NCBI GenBank assembly: GCA_013239625.1
Contig: MU054220.1
Location: 4,155,374-4,219,373 of the forward strand
DNA: 64,000 bases
Reading direction: 5' to 3'
From: Lama guanicoe
Lineage: Eukaryota
The stretch's first letter is position 1, and each line of letters begins with the position of its first letter. Below, one piece after another: positions 11,091 through 23,790 of this stretch. Below the pieces are notes generated by a model. That model searched no databases. It saw only the letters and a program-made list of their open reading frames with translations, and was not told where the DNA came from. Position numbers and translations under genes: made by a program.

Positions 11091-14000
11091 CCTCCAGACT
11101 AGCATACAGAGTCAGGAGCAATCAGCTGTACCCTCTCAGGTCCCCCAGGACACCTGCTTCACTGGTCACTCTGGGGATCAGACTGAGCTTCCAGTAAGGC
11201 AGATGGGAAAGTTGGAGAGCTGCACTGGCCCACATGCTTGTGTCTCAAAGGCACACCCAGAGCGGGCTGCCGACAGGTCCTAAGGACCCAGGCCATGAGA
11301 TTCAGGGGCTCAGGATGGACTTGTAGTAGATTCACTTGAAATGGGTCTCATCCTCATTCCTTAATAGGGAGGTCAGCCCCAACCAGGCCCAGGCCACCAG
11401 AGGAAGGAGAGTCTCTTCCCCAAGACTGGTGGAGGGATATAGAAGCAACAAAGCAAACAGTGAAAGGTGGAATATGAATGTAGGTCGGCCCCAGAAACTT
11501 TATCCTGATAGGATCATCAGTCCAGGGGACCCCAGCGGAGTCTGGGAGCCACTGGGCAGAGCCAAACGCAGATCAGGGCTCAGTGTCAGCAACAGAGTGG
11601 CCAGTCCCAGCAAACAAATGGGACGTTGTTCGGGAAAACCCCACGATGGGGGTCCTGGGGCCACAGCAGGGATGCCCTCTTAGAATGCGTTTATATGAGA
11701 GGACCAGGGTCCATGTATATTCATCCATTTATGTATTTATTTATACGCACTCTTCTCTAATCAATTTTCAGAGTTATAGAAGGAGCAAACAAAAAAAGAC
11801 AAAGAAAATCCACCCACGCTCCCACCTTTTGGAGATAATCTCTGTTACTACTTTGATATCCCTGATTCCAGATAATTTTCTGTGCTGGTTTGTTTGTTTG
11901 TTTTAAAAGTGGGATCATACTCTTCAAAGCTATTTTGTAACCTACTCTTTTCACTCTACCACATAAAATTACTGTGTGTGCCTGCACACGTACATAAGCA
12001 CACAAAATTTCTGGAAGAATATGTGAGAAATTATTAATTTGGTTGCTTCTGGAGAAGGAGACTACAGATCTAGAGTGGGAGAAAAATTTCCTTCTAATTT
12101 CATATATTTTTATTTAATAAGCTCTTCTAGTGTGTTTATTACATGCCAGGCACTGTATTTCTAAGCATTGTACAAATATTAATGCATTTCATTTCCTTTA
12201 AAAAATACCTCTATAGAGTTTCTTACCAGGTATATGTGTTACTTTCATAAATAAAAATGAGTTTAATTCGTGCAGGTAGTGAACATCTCGCCACACCAAA
12301 TCATATCCATTTACATGTCACCTCTACAGGCTGTCTGCAGTTTTCCATTGCACAGTGGCCTGATCTATCTAAACGACCAGCCCAGGGTGGAGAAGACCAG
12401 ACTTATCAGTTTCCTTGAAAGGGAACAGAAGCCAAGAGAAATCAGACCAGCACTGGACAGCCACGTCTGCACATGCTTTATAAACAGAAACTTCTCTCGG
12501 TCCTTGAACCAAACCAGGTGGCAGACAAAAAGCCAGACAAGCCACGCTGACTTGTTGAACCTCAAACCAAAATGACCCAAATCCTAATTTTTTAGAAAAC
12601 ACAAAAATGTCAATGGAACTCAAGCTACTTCCCTAAAACCTGTGTGTGAGCCTGCGCAGCGTGGGAGCAGACCTCTGCATTTTCACGAGCAGTTCAGTGA
12701 GATCCTCCCGTCAAATCTTTGTCTGAGAAGCTCTGTTACAGGATCTCAGGGTCCTGCATTTTGATCAGCATAGCGACAGTGCGGGGCATCTTTCACAAAG
12801 GTTGGGTTCAAGGTGCAGAAGCAGAAAGGCCTGGGTTTGGAGTGACCTTGAATGGGTTATAAACCATTCTGAGCACGAGTCCTGCCTCTTAGGACTGTTG
12901 TAGAAAGTAATAGTCCTAGGAAGAGGGGCCCCAAGAGGCCGTGGCCTTGGAGTGGACTCCAGACCCTTGGTGAAGCCCCTTGTCACTTTGAGACGAAGCC
13001 ACAGACCCAGCTAGAGTAGCTGAAGGCCTCGAAAGACAGCACCTCTGAAGCTGTCCCGCAGGCCTCTTCACAGTCATTAGGAAGCCTGCCTCAGAGCCTG
13101 AATGCTGCTGCCTGGTTCCAGGCCCTGAAGGTCATGGGGTGGGAGGAAAAGCAGTGCCAGCCCCAGCTGTCCTCCCTCCTGAGGTCACACTTGCCGTCCT
13201 CAAGCCACGCATCTGAGATTCCAGGCTAGGCCCAGCTGATGCCGCCAGGTCCTCTTCCCCCCAGGAAAGAGGGACCCACGTGACAAAAACAGAGCCTAGG
13301 GCCTGGCCTTGGGAGGTAGGGGTTGCCCCGACTCCCCTTCACCCACACCCACACACTCCCCATCCCCACCCTTATGCAGAAGGACCACCTCCTGCCACTG
13401 AACCCTCCACCGGGCCGCTGCCACCCGGCCCGGACCTCAAAGCTGCTTCTATTTGCACCATCTTTCCCCTCCAACCAGGAGAAGAAGAAAGAGGGGCTGA
13501 AAAAGTGCTCTGGGGCCCCCCTGAACTCCCCTGCGGGGAAGTGGTCCGGCCTTCCAGGCAGGTACAGAGGCTTCCAAGGAAGCAGAGTTAGTTTCCAAAA
13601 CATTCCAAAACAGGGGGCCTCATGAGAGAGCCAGGCACCCCAGCCCTGGGCTCCCCAAGAAGCTCGTGACTTTCGGCCTCTCCTGGAGCCTCCCTGATCA
13701 CAGGCGAAGGGGGACCCTGGGCAGCATATTCTGAAAAGATGTTTATTTTTAACAGGCTTTACTAATATCATGAGCCCCAGAGTAGCCCAGGATGGCCTCC
13801 CAATAGAGACCTATTTCTGGGTACAAAGTGCCCCCGCCTCCTTTGGAGGGGCCACCAAGTCAGAATCCAGGTCCAGCTGTCTGCTTGCAGGGAAAAAAAA
13901 TAGTGCCAGAAAATAAGCCAGCGGCACAGAATCTGTGTCCCCCATCTTGTCACTGCTCAGGACCAACCTCGTTCCATGTCCCTGCTCGTGCTGGGGCTGG

Positions 14001-17000
14001 CTGGCAATCAGACATCAAAACAGGAGCTGATCCCGAGTCAGATCCGTCTCCCCAGCCTGGCTGGGAGAGAGGGGTCAGGCTGGGGCTTTCCCATCTCAGG
14101 CACCAGGCCCCATCTCCTGGAACTATCATGACAGCTCAGGAAAGGGTTTTTACCTGAAACACAGTCCCCGTCCTCAGGAAAGACTTTGATCGCTAGAAAC
14201 TCCCCAAAAAACCGTCTTTATACGCCCAGGAGACTCCAGGTTCCCATCAACCGACAGGACCCAGGCCCTCTGAGGAAGGTTCCAGAACTGAAAATGCTCC
14301 TACAGAGCCCCAGCTGGCAAGTGAGTCCCTGCGAAGCACAGTCCACAGTTCCCGAAGGCCTCCAGGAGTAACACCGTCCCAGGACCCTACCCCCAGCCAT
14401 CCGATCCGCCTGCAAATACCTCACATTCTTCCAAATTAGAAGGGCCAGTCCCTATATTTCCATCTCAAAATACAGTTTAAGACTAAGATCTCCCCAATCA
14501 AAAGGAGGCACCAGGCCCCTTGACAGCCCAGACGGTACACTCCTCTAGCTCCGTCTGGCCTCCCTCTCACGGGCTTCAGTTTGCTGGGGGTGACTGTGCC
14601 GGCCTATATTACCTGGAGAGGCCAATGCTACCTGGACGTAGCTCACCAATCTGTCATTTAGGGTTGTTGATTTCTGGGGCTCAGCAAACACAAAGACTGT
14701 CACTTTGGCCTTGCTATTCATCTCCACAGCAAATGTGAGTTTTGCTGCCGATCGTGAGTGAAAAAAAGCGCTTCCCCAACAAGCCGGGGCTCGAGTCTGC
14801 TCTAAAATGCATACACAATTCATAACGATGCATTTGATTAATGGTAAATGAGCATGGAATTCTGAGGGCCAACCCATGTGACGGCCACATTAGCACCAGA
14901 TGAAACTGTCATGTGGGTGACGTGACAAAAGACCAAGAGCATGGGACTAAGATCGGGAGACCAGGGCCGTGGGGCAGACAGAGAACAAGTTTTCTGCGAT
15001 TTCTTTTTTTTTTTTTTTTTTCTGGTAAGGCGGGGGCAGAGACCAAGAATTGGCCATAAACGAAGGTCAAGGAAAAATGAATCCAATTTACATTCAGAAG
15101 TTGCCATTTCAAATGAAAATGTGAGTGAAACTCACACATAAGAGGGTGAATTTCTTTTTCTCTCCTATCCGTAAGGGTGAGCTCATAAATCCCCAAAGAG
15201 TGACCTGGGAAAAACGGTCTCTTGTGATTCTCTGGTAAGCTTGGCTATTCCTGATGATCAAGAAAGCCGTTAAAAAAGGACAGAGCTCTTAAAACTAGTC
15301 GGGCATTTGAAAACAGTGCTGAAAATCACAGTCGCGGTGACCGGAGGGCAAGAGAAGTAGGCAGCTGCCTGGCCAGGGCAGGCGCGGCACCCGCGGCCAG
15401 CCGGTCGGCGATTCAAACGCCTGTGTTTGGCTGGGTGTGGAATGTCTCCAACTTCAGCCCCGGCCAGTCTTATTGAAAACATTATCTTTTCCATCAATAA
15501 TACCTCTAGGTTCTTTATTAGCAAACTCCCTGGCAAAAGCTGACATATTTACAGCACGCAGTAAACTTTACGTATCTGCAACAATATTAGAGGAGAGAGG
15601 GAGAGAGCCCCCACTCAGTGACCACGACAAATCATTCCGTCTTAAAATGATCAAGTGGGAGGCTAATTGTCCCGAAGAGAAGGACTCCTGACGACTCCCA
15701 TCCCATCCAGCGGCCAGAAAGAGCGTTCACAAAGATGAAAAAAGTATGTTTGAGGACTGGAAACATAAGAATATATATTTTTTTAAAAAAAGAAAGAAAG
15801 AAAGAAAGAAAGAAAAAGAAAAGAAAACCCAACTGATACCACCGTCTAGGCTGGAGGAGAAATCTGATCTTGAGATGGAATGGTTAACATTTGGGGTTGT
15901 TTGGAGAGAATTGCTCCAAGCTGTTTTTGTTCAAAATGTATAGATTTAAGGTAAGAAGCTCTGTATAGGTCATAACCACTCTGGAAACAAGTCCCTCATT
16001 ACTTTGCATCTGACAAAGGTAGGGACGAATTTTGGTTTTTTTCCTTTCTTTAACTGGGTAGCTTCGTCGGTTTTAACTTGGAAACGTGCTAGAAAAATAT
16101 TTACTTGTCTTGTTTTTTTTATCTGCCAGTGTTTTCTCCTTTGGGGTCGTGGCTCTCCCTCAGCTCTGTCACCCATTCCCCTCTTGCATTCAGGCCAATG
16201 AATTGTCGACTCAGGGTCCCGACTCTCCCCCGATCCCTAGAGAAAGAACGTCAACTTTATGGAAATTCATGGAAAGGAAAATTATCTATCTATCTATATA
16301 TATATGTATATATGTATGGTGAAATTTCAAGGTTCCTAATGGAGAATACTAGAGAAATGAGGGTCCTCAGTCTCCAAAACTTCTAGCCACAGAGAAAATT
16401 ATTTGTTTTGATGAAAATAGGTATAGATGCATATTTATTGGGGAGGAACCCCATCAACGGTCTTATGGGAAGTATTCGATTTTGAGCTGTTATTTGGCAA
16501 ATCCAAAGAGGGATTTGGGGAGCCATTTGAAGCTTCTGTTTTCCATCCATTTTGTTAAATGAGTCTCTTTTCCCCCTCGAACTTTACATTAAACCATTTC
16601 CCTCAAGGAAAAAAGAAGAAGAAAAAAGAAGAGAATATTTCCAACTTTAAAAAAGCATAAATACTTCTTTCGAAGAAAATATCAAAGGTATCTTAGGAAG
16701 GCAATGAAAATAATTGTGTTATAGAAGGACAATTTTTAAAAAGATTTTTGGACTCTGCATTTGAACAGAAAGACTTTGGAAACTTGCCTTGATAACCGGC
16801 TTCCCTGGGGCTGTTCGTTTGCAGGAATCTGCTCCTACAGTCAACATTTTTAAACCCCTTTTCAAAATGTATGCATTCTTCTCTAACTGCAAAAATGGAT
16901 TGTCACACACCTTCACTATTTATTTAAAAAAAATAATAAGGGAGTGGGATAAATTTAAGTTAGAAAGTTTATCTTCAGGTGAAAACTTTTGATAAAGAAA

Positions 17001-19264
17001 TCTATATTAAGAGTTCTGTTTTTAAAGGCAGTGGTTGGTGCAGATTAAAAGGCAAATTGGTGACAATAAAATGTCATCAGATTCTTATACTTTCGCTGTA
17101 CAGAACATCATCAAAGTCGCCCCATATGTTAACATGGTTTTTATATATCTTTTGTATGCGGCATCAATTTAATTTTTATCAACAATGACAGTCCCAATCT
17201 TTAAATATTTGTGTCAGGGGCAGGAAAGGGATATGCACCCAAAAATGCCCTGAAAATTATATACTGATGTCAACACCACGCTTTAGAGCTGTTTTGCTTT
17301 TGTGGTTTTTCTTTTGCAAAAACATCTCTTCCCCGGGCTTTCTGTCCATACCATATCTATATAAGACTTTTTTTCTTGCAGTAATGGGGACCACAGCTTT
17401 TGGCTGCTCCATCAGCAATATCTTTTAATTTGTTCTTTCAACCTCGGGAAAGCCGTACTATTTCTTTTTCGGTTGGTCTGGCCTGGAAATGAGTTCCACA
17501 ATGTGCAGAGTCCTCAGCATCCCTTATCCCATAACAATACAAGATGTGGAAAATGTGCTTAAGATTGAAAATCGCATTTTGAAAATCCAACCGTTTCTCT
17601 TTCTAGACTTTTGCTAAGCAGCTTATTGTATAAATCCAGGTACTGTTTGAATATCTCTAGGGGTTGAAAAAAAAAGAGCATGATGTACTATTTATTATAT
17701 TTCATTAGATAAACCTCAAAAAAGTAAACATTTTCTCCCCTTGATTCACCCACTGCCTGTTTCAGATTTTAATGCAATGATATGTTTTTTCAGGATCTCC
17801 ACTATTTATATTTCAGAACTTAAATATCTTTATTTAAACCATGCAGTCTGAATCTCCAAAACCCTGGATTTTTAATATTTTGGCGACTGAAATCTGGCAT
17901 GTTTGAAGGTTTGCCTCTCTGCAGAAGTCTCTTGTTATCCAAAGTACAAAAACAAACTAAGGGCAGATTATAAACTGCCCGACGCTGGCTGCTAGCGCAG
18001 CAAAAACACTTCAGCCGACCCCCTTCACGCTCTGCCCCAGGGACAACTACTTTCTTAATAATAAATAGGGAAAATGTAAAATGTTTTCTTTAAATTAAAA
18101 ATCGAAACGAATTGTTTTAATGAATATCTCTGGTTATGAGGGTAAGGCATGCCTTCGTGTGTACACTTTCTGAAGAAAAATTTCCTGTGTGGTTTTCCCT
18201 GTGAGATCAAAAGGAACTAATTAACTTTTCTATAAGGTAAACAAAACTTTAACTTGAAATATCCCCATGAAGTATGTGGGAAGTGAGCTTTTGTGTGAGT
18301 GAAAGCAGGAGGGGGGGAGGGGGGGAGGCAGGAGGGAGTTGGGTTTAATTTTATATTTGAAATCGTCTCAGGCTTAGAAGGTATTGGAAAGTCAGTGCTG
18401 TCCAAGAGTCAGCCTCCTTTTTTTTCCTCCCCCATTACCAAAATGATATTTAAATCAAAGGCTGAAATGTTGCCAAGTTCAAATCCCTCGTAAGATTAAT
18501 AGGGCATTGTTCTGTTCATAGAAAATGCGTTCTTCTTAGAGCCCCTTTAAGAAGAACTGGGTGTGTGAAGGAGGCTGCAGGAAAGAGTGTGGGAAAGGGG
18601 GAAATCTGGAAAACCGGGGCCCGTGGCCTGAGTGGGAAGGTGGAAAGGGGAGAGAATCTTCAAGAGGACGGACAACCACTCCCCCACCCCCAACCAGACG
18701 TAATTGGGGTCAAGGGGACCAGGCCCCCAGCCGGAGCCCCATTTCCCCAGGACTTGGCTCATTTTCTCAGGTTTCTGGGACAAACGAACAAGAGGAGGAG
18801 GAGGAAGCTCTGAGGGGACCAAGAGGGTCTTCGGGGTTGTGCCCCCTCTGGGGTGCTGACCCCTAGGCTGAGCGGGCTGTGTTGAGAGATGAGAGGAGCC
18901 CCCCCTGCCCCTCCCAGGAGGAGCAGCTGCAATTCAGGGCTGGTCTCCTCCCAGGACAGAGAGTCCTTGGCCTGCAGTGGGCCAGCCGCCTGGGGCCTGG
19001 GCCCCGTGGCCGGGCCTCCTCTTGGCCCTTGCCAGGGTGGCACAGGCGGCCAGCCCAGAGGACAGAGCTTGCAGGGCACAGCCTGTGCAGGAGGGCTCAG
19101 CAAGGCAGGAGACTGTGTCTGTACCTCCAGAGTCTGCCCTAGGCCTTGGTGTCCCCAAAGCAGGGAAGCCCTCCCACACTCACACACAGACACACACCTC
19201 TGCTCACCAGCTCCTCCATCACCCTCTGCGCTGCTCCATGGATGAGGCTAACTGTTGTCACAGC

Positions 19265-19420
19265 AGCTAACATTTACTCAGAGCTTACCAGGTGCCTGGT
19301 TCTGCAATAAGTGCTTTATCTCAAACTTCACAGCAAGTCTGAGGCGGTAATATTATCCCCATTTAACAGATGAGGAAACTGAGGAAGAGAAAGTTGAAGT
19401 AACTTGCCCAGGGGCACCCA
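19265..19420 (-). mobile_element. MIR SINE
   Basis: AGCTAACATTTACTCAGAGCTTAC...CCCCATTTAACAGATGAGGAAACTGAGG...GTAACTTGCCCA. Confidence 0.8.
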
Positions 19421-20149
19421 ACGACTTAATGGTATGTCAATAAGCTACAAAGGGTAGTGGGATTTAGTTGCAAAGCCCCCACACACACATACAATCCCAG
19501 TTTAGTAGCCAAGGATCTAGGGGAAAAGCCTGGTTTACTTATTTTAAGAAGTGCCTTTGACCAGGTTTGTCTGCCTAGACTCTTAGCCACCAAGCTGGGA
19601 TTGGGGGTACGGATGCCACACGGCGGTGTCCCCCTGGGGACATTCACACCCAACCCCACTGGCACAGGCTCGGTCCACCTGTACAGGCCTACCTGGATCA
19701 GTCCCCAGGTATGTGTTGATTATATTATTAGTGACGAGGGGCCCACTTGAAGTTCCTTCATTCATTTATCCAGCACCTAGGTTTGCAAAGGGTTTGCTTT
19801 TGTGCCAGCTGGCAGAGACTGAGGCCATCCTCCAAAACAGCCCTCTCACTCACAACAGCATCCAGGGAACTCTCCTGAAGGACGAGGCAGGGGAGGCTTA
19901 TGGGAGAGGGTGTACGTTGCGGGAAGCCCATGTTGTCTTTGATGGAGCCCTTGGGAGAAGCCAGAACAAATACCCTTACTAATGGTAAACTAGAGGGGAA
20001 AAAAATATCACAAAAATTTGAATGTCCCAAATGCATCCTTTCTGCTCTGGAGAATAACTAAATCCTCACAGGAAAAAAAAAAGACAAAAAGGGGAGGTCA
20101 AGCAGGCCATCCATAGCTATTACCTAGATTTAGTAGCAAAAGCAGTATA

Positions 20150-20270
20150 GGAGTTGAGTCAGACCATTGTTGCTCATCCTGGCTGTGTGACCTTGAGCAA
20201 GTTGCTTTACCTCTCTGAACCTCAGTTTTCTCATGTGTTCAACAGAGCTCATTCCAGCTACCTACCTATA
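20150..20270 (+). mobile_element. MIR SINE
   Basis: GGCTGTGTGACCTTGAGCAAGTTGCTTTACCTCTCTGAACCTCAGTTTTCTCAT. Confidence 0.8.
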
Positions 20271-21643
20271 AAGGAATAAAGTATGTTCAGTCCCTAGTGG
20301 TCAGTCTTCACAGGAGCTTAAAGAAAGATTGTTCCCTTCTCTCCCCATCCCAGCCCCACCTAGAAATAATCTCCACCCCTGAAGTGCCTTCCTGTAGTTT
20401 AAATCATTTACCGTATTTAAGCTCTAGTCCTTTTAGAAACATTTAGTTATTATGGGAAGTGTCCTTGACTGGAGCCCCTTTGTCACAGGTAAATTTCACT
20501 CATTTTCAGTTAACCCAGCAGCCGACTCCTGCCCCTTGCTAACTGCTCACCCGGCCTCTCCCCCAAGCTGCCACATTGGCTTTAGGGTCTTAGGGGGAGA
20601 ATTCCCTGTCCACTAGGGCAAAAATACTGTTGCTCTGTGCCCTCGCAGTACCCAGGCCCCTAAGCCATCATTCTCTCAGCACACACCTGCTGAGCGCCGA
20701 CTGTGTGCAGGTCCGTGTGCTGGTTACTGGAAATTCAGGTGTGAACAAGCCAGACAAGGGCTACACCCTCACCATCTTCCATTCCGGTGGACGGGGTCAG
20801 ACAAGGCTGGCAGCACGTGGGTCCTGGTACAAGGCCAGTGGTGAGCTGCAGTTTCTAAAGCAGTGAGTCTGCTCTGAGTTGGGGAAGAGGGCGCACAAGC
20901 CCCACTCCACCGTCTGGCTGCCTTGGACACACCCCTTCACCTATCTAAACCTCTGTGTTCCCAGCATTTTACCAAGGGCCTCCTAGGAGGCAGGCTCTGT
21001 GCTGCGCTCTGGAGTCAGAGCAACCAAGACCCAACAGCCCCGTTGGAGTCTTGCAGGGAAGGCAGGGGATGAATAAATCACCTCGCAGATGAGAGGAAGG
21101 ATGACAGCATAGGGGCACCCCCTCTTGGCCTGGCCCCATCGTGGGGAGAAATGCCATCAAGAAGGAGGTAGGACGTGTGGAGCACAGGGGAGGCCCCCAA
21201 AGTGGTGGCTGGTGCCAGGGAAGCATTCAGTGCACCTGTATCCAGAAGGAGATGCTCAGAGTGGGAGGAGGCAGGAACAGGTGTGCACCCCAGGTACTAC
21301 TCTTTTCCTATGGTATTTTGTTCCAGGTCCCCACCAAGATAGAGACAGTAACAGCTTGGGGGTAACTGACTAGATGAGGCTGGTAGCCCCAAGCCTCACC
21401 CCTACTTATATTAGAGGAGACACAGGCTTTCCTCCCACACCCGCTGTCTGCCCAGTGCTGCCTCCTTTCTTGTTTGGGTGCTGGCATTTACCTCCAGGCT
21501 TTGGTCCGTTCCCAACCAGGGTCGGAGTGTACTGTTTTCCAACAGCGATGCTCCCACACTGGCATCTAGAATTTGGTTGGCTTCTGGTATAATCAGCTAT
21601 GTGTATATATTATTTATGTACAAACACATATTCCTCTATATCT

Positions 21644-21647
<4 letters not shown>

Positions 21648-21675
<28 letters not shown>
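21648..21675. repeat. (AC)n microsatellite
   Basis: Perfect AC run of about 14 units. Confidence 0.9.
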
Positions 21676-21679
<4 letters not shown>

Positions 21680-22360
21680 TAGGGTGAACAGTGAGTAAAT
21701 ATTTGCTGGTTGGAACAGTTGAGGAGATATATATATATATATGCATCTGTTATGAGTACATAAACATCCAATATGCATAAGGAGATAGACACATATGGCT
21801 TTATACACAAGGCTAGCGATCAGTTTCTATGAGTGTGCATATACACATAACTTTATTTCCAGTTGGCACCAGGCAGTCAGCTGGCATCTGGTATAAACTA
21901 ACCTCATTCAGTTGGTCCAAGCATGTAATCTGTGTGTGCACAGTGAAAAAAAACATAGCTGGGGTTTTTTTTTTCCCCCTTTTTCTTCAAAACATTGAAT
22001 ACACAACTTGTGATCATTTTGATAAAGATTACATAGATGCGATCAACATTTCACCTAATTGTTAACCTGGAAGCACCAAAATTAACCATAAAAATTAATA
22101 AATAACGAGGGGCTGTTTGGTCCCTCCAGAAGGATCTGGGAAGACCAGCTCTGAAGAATCGCAGTGTTTACACATACCAGAACCAAATTCCACTGCCAGT
22201 TACTGAACCCCTTCAGCCTTGTACATGTTATTTCATTTAATCTAATCCTGTGACACTCTATGAACTAGGCATTGCCATGCTTGCTATACGGATGCTTCAT
22301 GCGGCTTGGAGAGGCTAGTGACCCACACGAGGTAGCCCAGCTCAGAAGTGGTGCAGCTCA

Positions 22361-22809
22361 TTTACTGGATTTCCCGGGCTGCCACACCAAGTACCACAAA
22401 CCAGGTGGCTTGAAACAACAAAAACTTAATCTCTTCAAGTTCTGGAGGCCAGGAGTCCAAAGCCAAGGTGTCGGCAGGGCCATCCTCTCTTCAAAGACTC
22501 TAAGGAAGAATCCCCCTGCATCTTTGAGCTCCGGGTGTTTGTCGGCGATCCCTGCTGTTCTTTGGCTCACAGCTGCAGCCATGACTCCGATCTCTGCCTC
22601 CGTCCTCACAGGGCCTTCTCCCCTGTGTGCCTGTGTCCATATTTTCCTCTTCTTATAAGGACACCAGTCATGGGATCAGAGCCCATCCTAATCCAGGCTG
22701 ACCTCCTCTTAACTAATTACACCTGTAAAGACCCTCTGTCTGAATAAGGTCACATTCACGAGTTCCGGGTGGATGTGAATTTGGAGGGGACAGTATTCAA
22801 CCCAGTTCA
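22361..22809 (-). mobile_element. MLT1 (MLT1C-like) solo LTR inserted into a MIR
   Basis: TACCACAAACCAGGTGGCTTGAAACAAC...TTCTGGAGGCCAGGAGTCCAA...CTTATAAGGACACCAGTCAT...AATAAGGTCACATTC. MIR sequence continues on both sides (22200-22360 and GCTGGGATTTGAACC at 22810). Confidence 0.85.
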
Positions 22810-23569
22810 GCTGGGATTTGAACCAGGTCTGTGTGACTCTGGCCTTCCTGACCTTTCCAGGAGAACAGGGCCAGGTCCTCCATGGGCGGCACTGCCCTCC
22901 GGCTGACCCCATCTTTTTCCTCTATGTCAGGGTGATACACAACCAAGAGGATCCCAAGCAGCTGTCCACACTTCCCTGGAGTTGTGGCCGAATTCCCCAA
23001 GGGGCGTTTGCATGTGCCAGAACTTAGTGGGGGTGGACAGGACAGGGAGGGGAGAGTCCTTGGTGGCAGCTGTCTGGGAGGCATCCTCCCAGAATTCTGC
23101 CGCCATGTCCAGCCTCAGCCTGCTGTTCTGCAGGTCCCACGAAAACAGCTTCCTCTTCACCCATCCTTCCTCATCCCCCTCCAGCTGCTCCCCACCATCC
23201 CAGACCCGTGGTCCCCTCCCCGCAGGACCACACTCTGGAAGCTGCAGCAGAGACCTCATATCAGGAGTCAGGAGTCAGAGCTGGAGCAAGAGCCAGGGAC
23301 AGGACAGTCACCCCAAGAGGTCCAAGCTTATCTGGGGAAAGCTTGAAGCTCCATCCCATGCTGTTACCTAGGAAAAGTGGAATAATGAAAACCAGGTCTT
23401 GTCCCCTGAGTAACCCACAGGAGACTCTCCTGCCCCCTAACAGGTGCCAGTAGACTGACAGCCATTGGCCACTGGAGGGGCCTATTCAATTATTGCTCTA
23501 ATTATTTGTGGCGTCGTCACATTTGTCATTAGTCACTACTAGCGATGAAGAGCTGCGTGTTCTGAAGGC

Positions 23570-23790
23570 CGGCTGTTGGGGACTGACTGCTGGGCCTGGC
23601 CCTTACTAGCTGGGTGACAGTCAACAAATTAGTTGACTTCTCTTTGTCTATGTCCTTTTCTGTAAAATGGGCATAACAATGGTATCAACCTCATACAGTG
23701 ATAGAAATTAAGCAAGTTTCGGTAGGTAGGAAACACCCAGCATAGTAACAGGTACTTGGTAGCATCCCTTACGTGTCAGCCATTATCATC
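23570..23790 (+). mobile_element. MIR SINE
   Basis: CTTACTAGCTGGGTGAC...CTGTAAAATGGGCATAACAATGGTATCAACCTCATA. Confidence 0.65.

Noticed and set aside
15700..18300. AT-rich block as a foreign insertion (NUMT, viral or bacterial)
   Set aside because: No long ORFs, no mitochondrial/rRNA similarity that I recognise, and no TSD or sharp junctions. Non-coding regulatory DNA explains it better; BLASTN would settle it.
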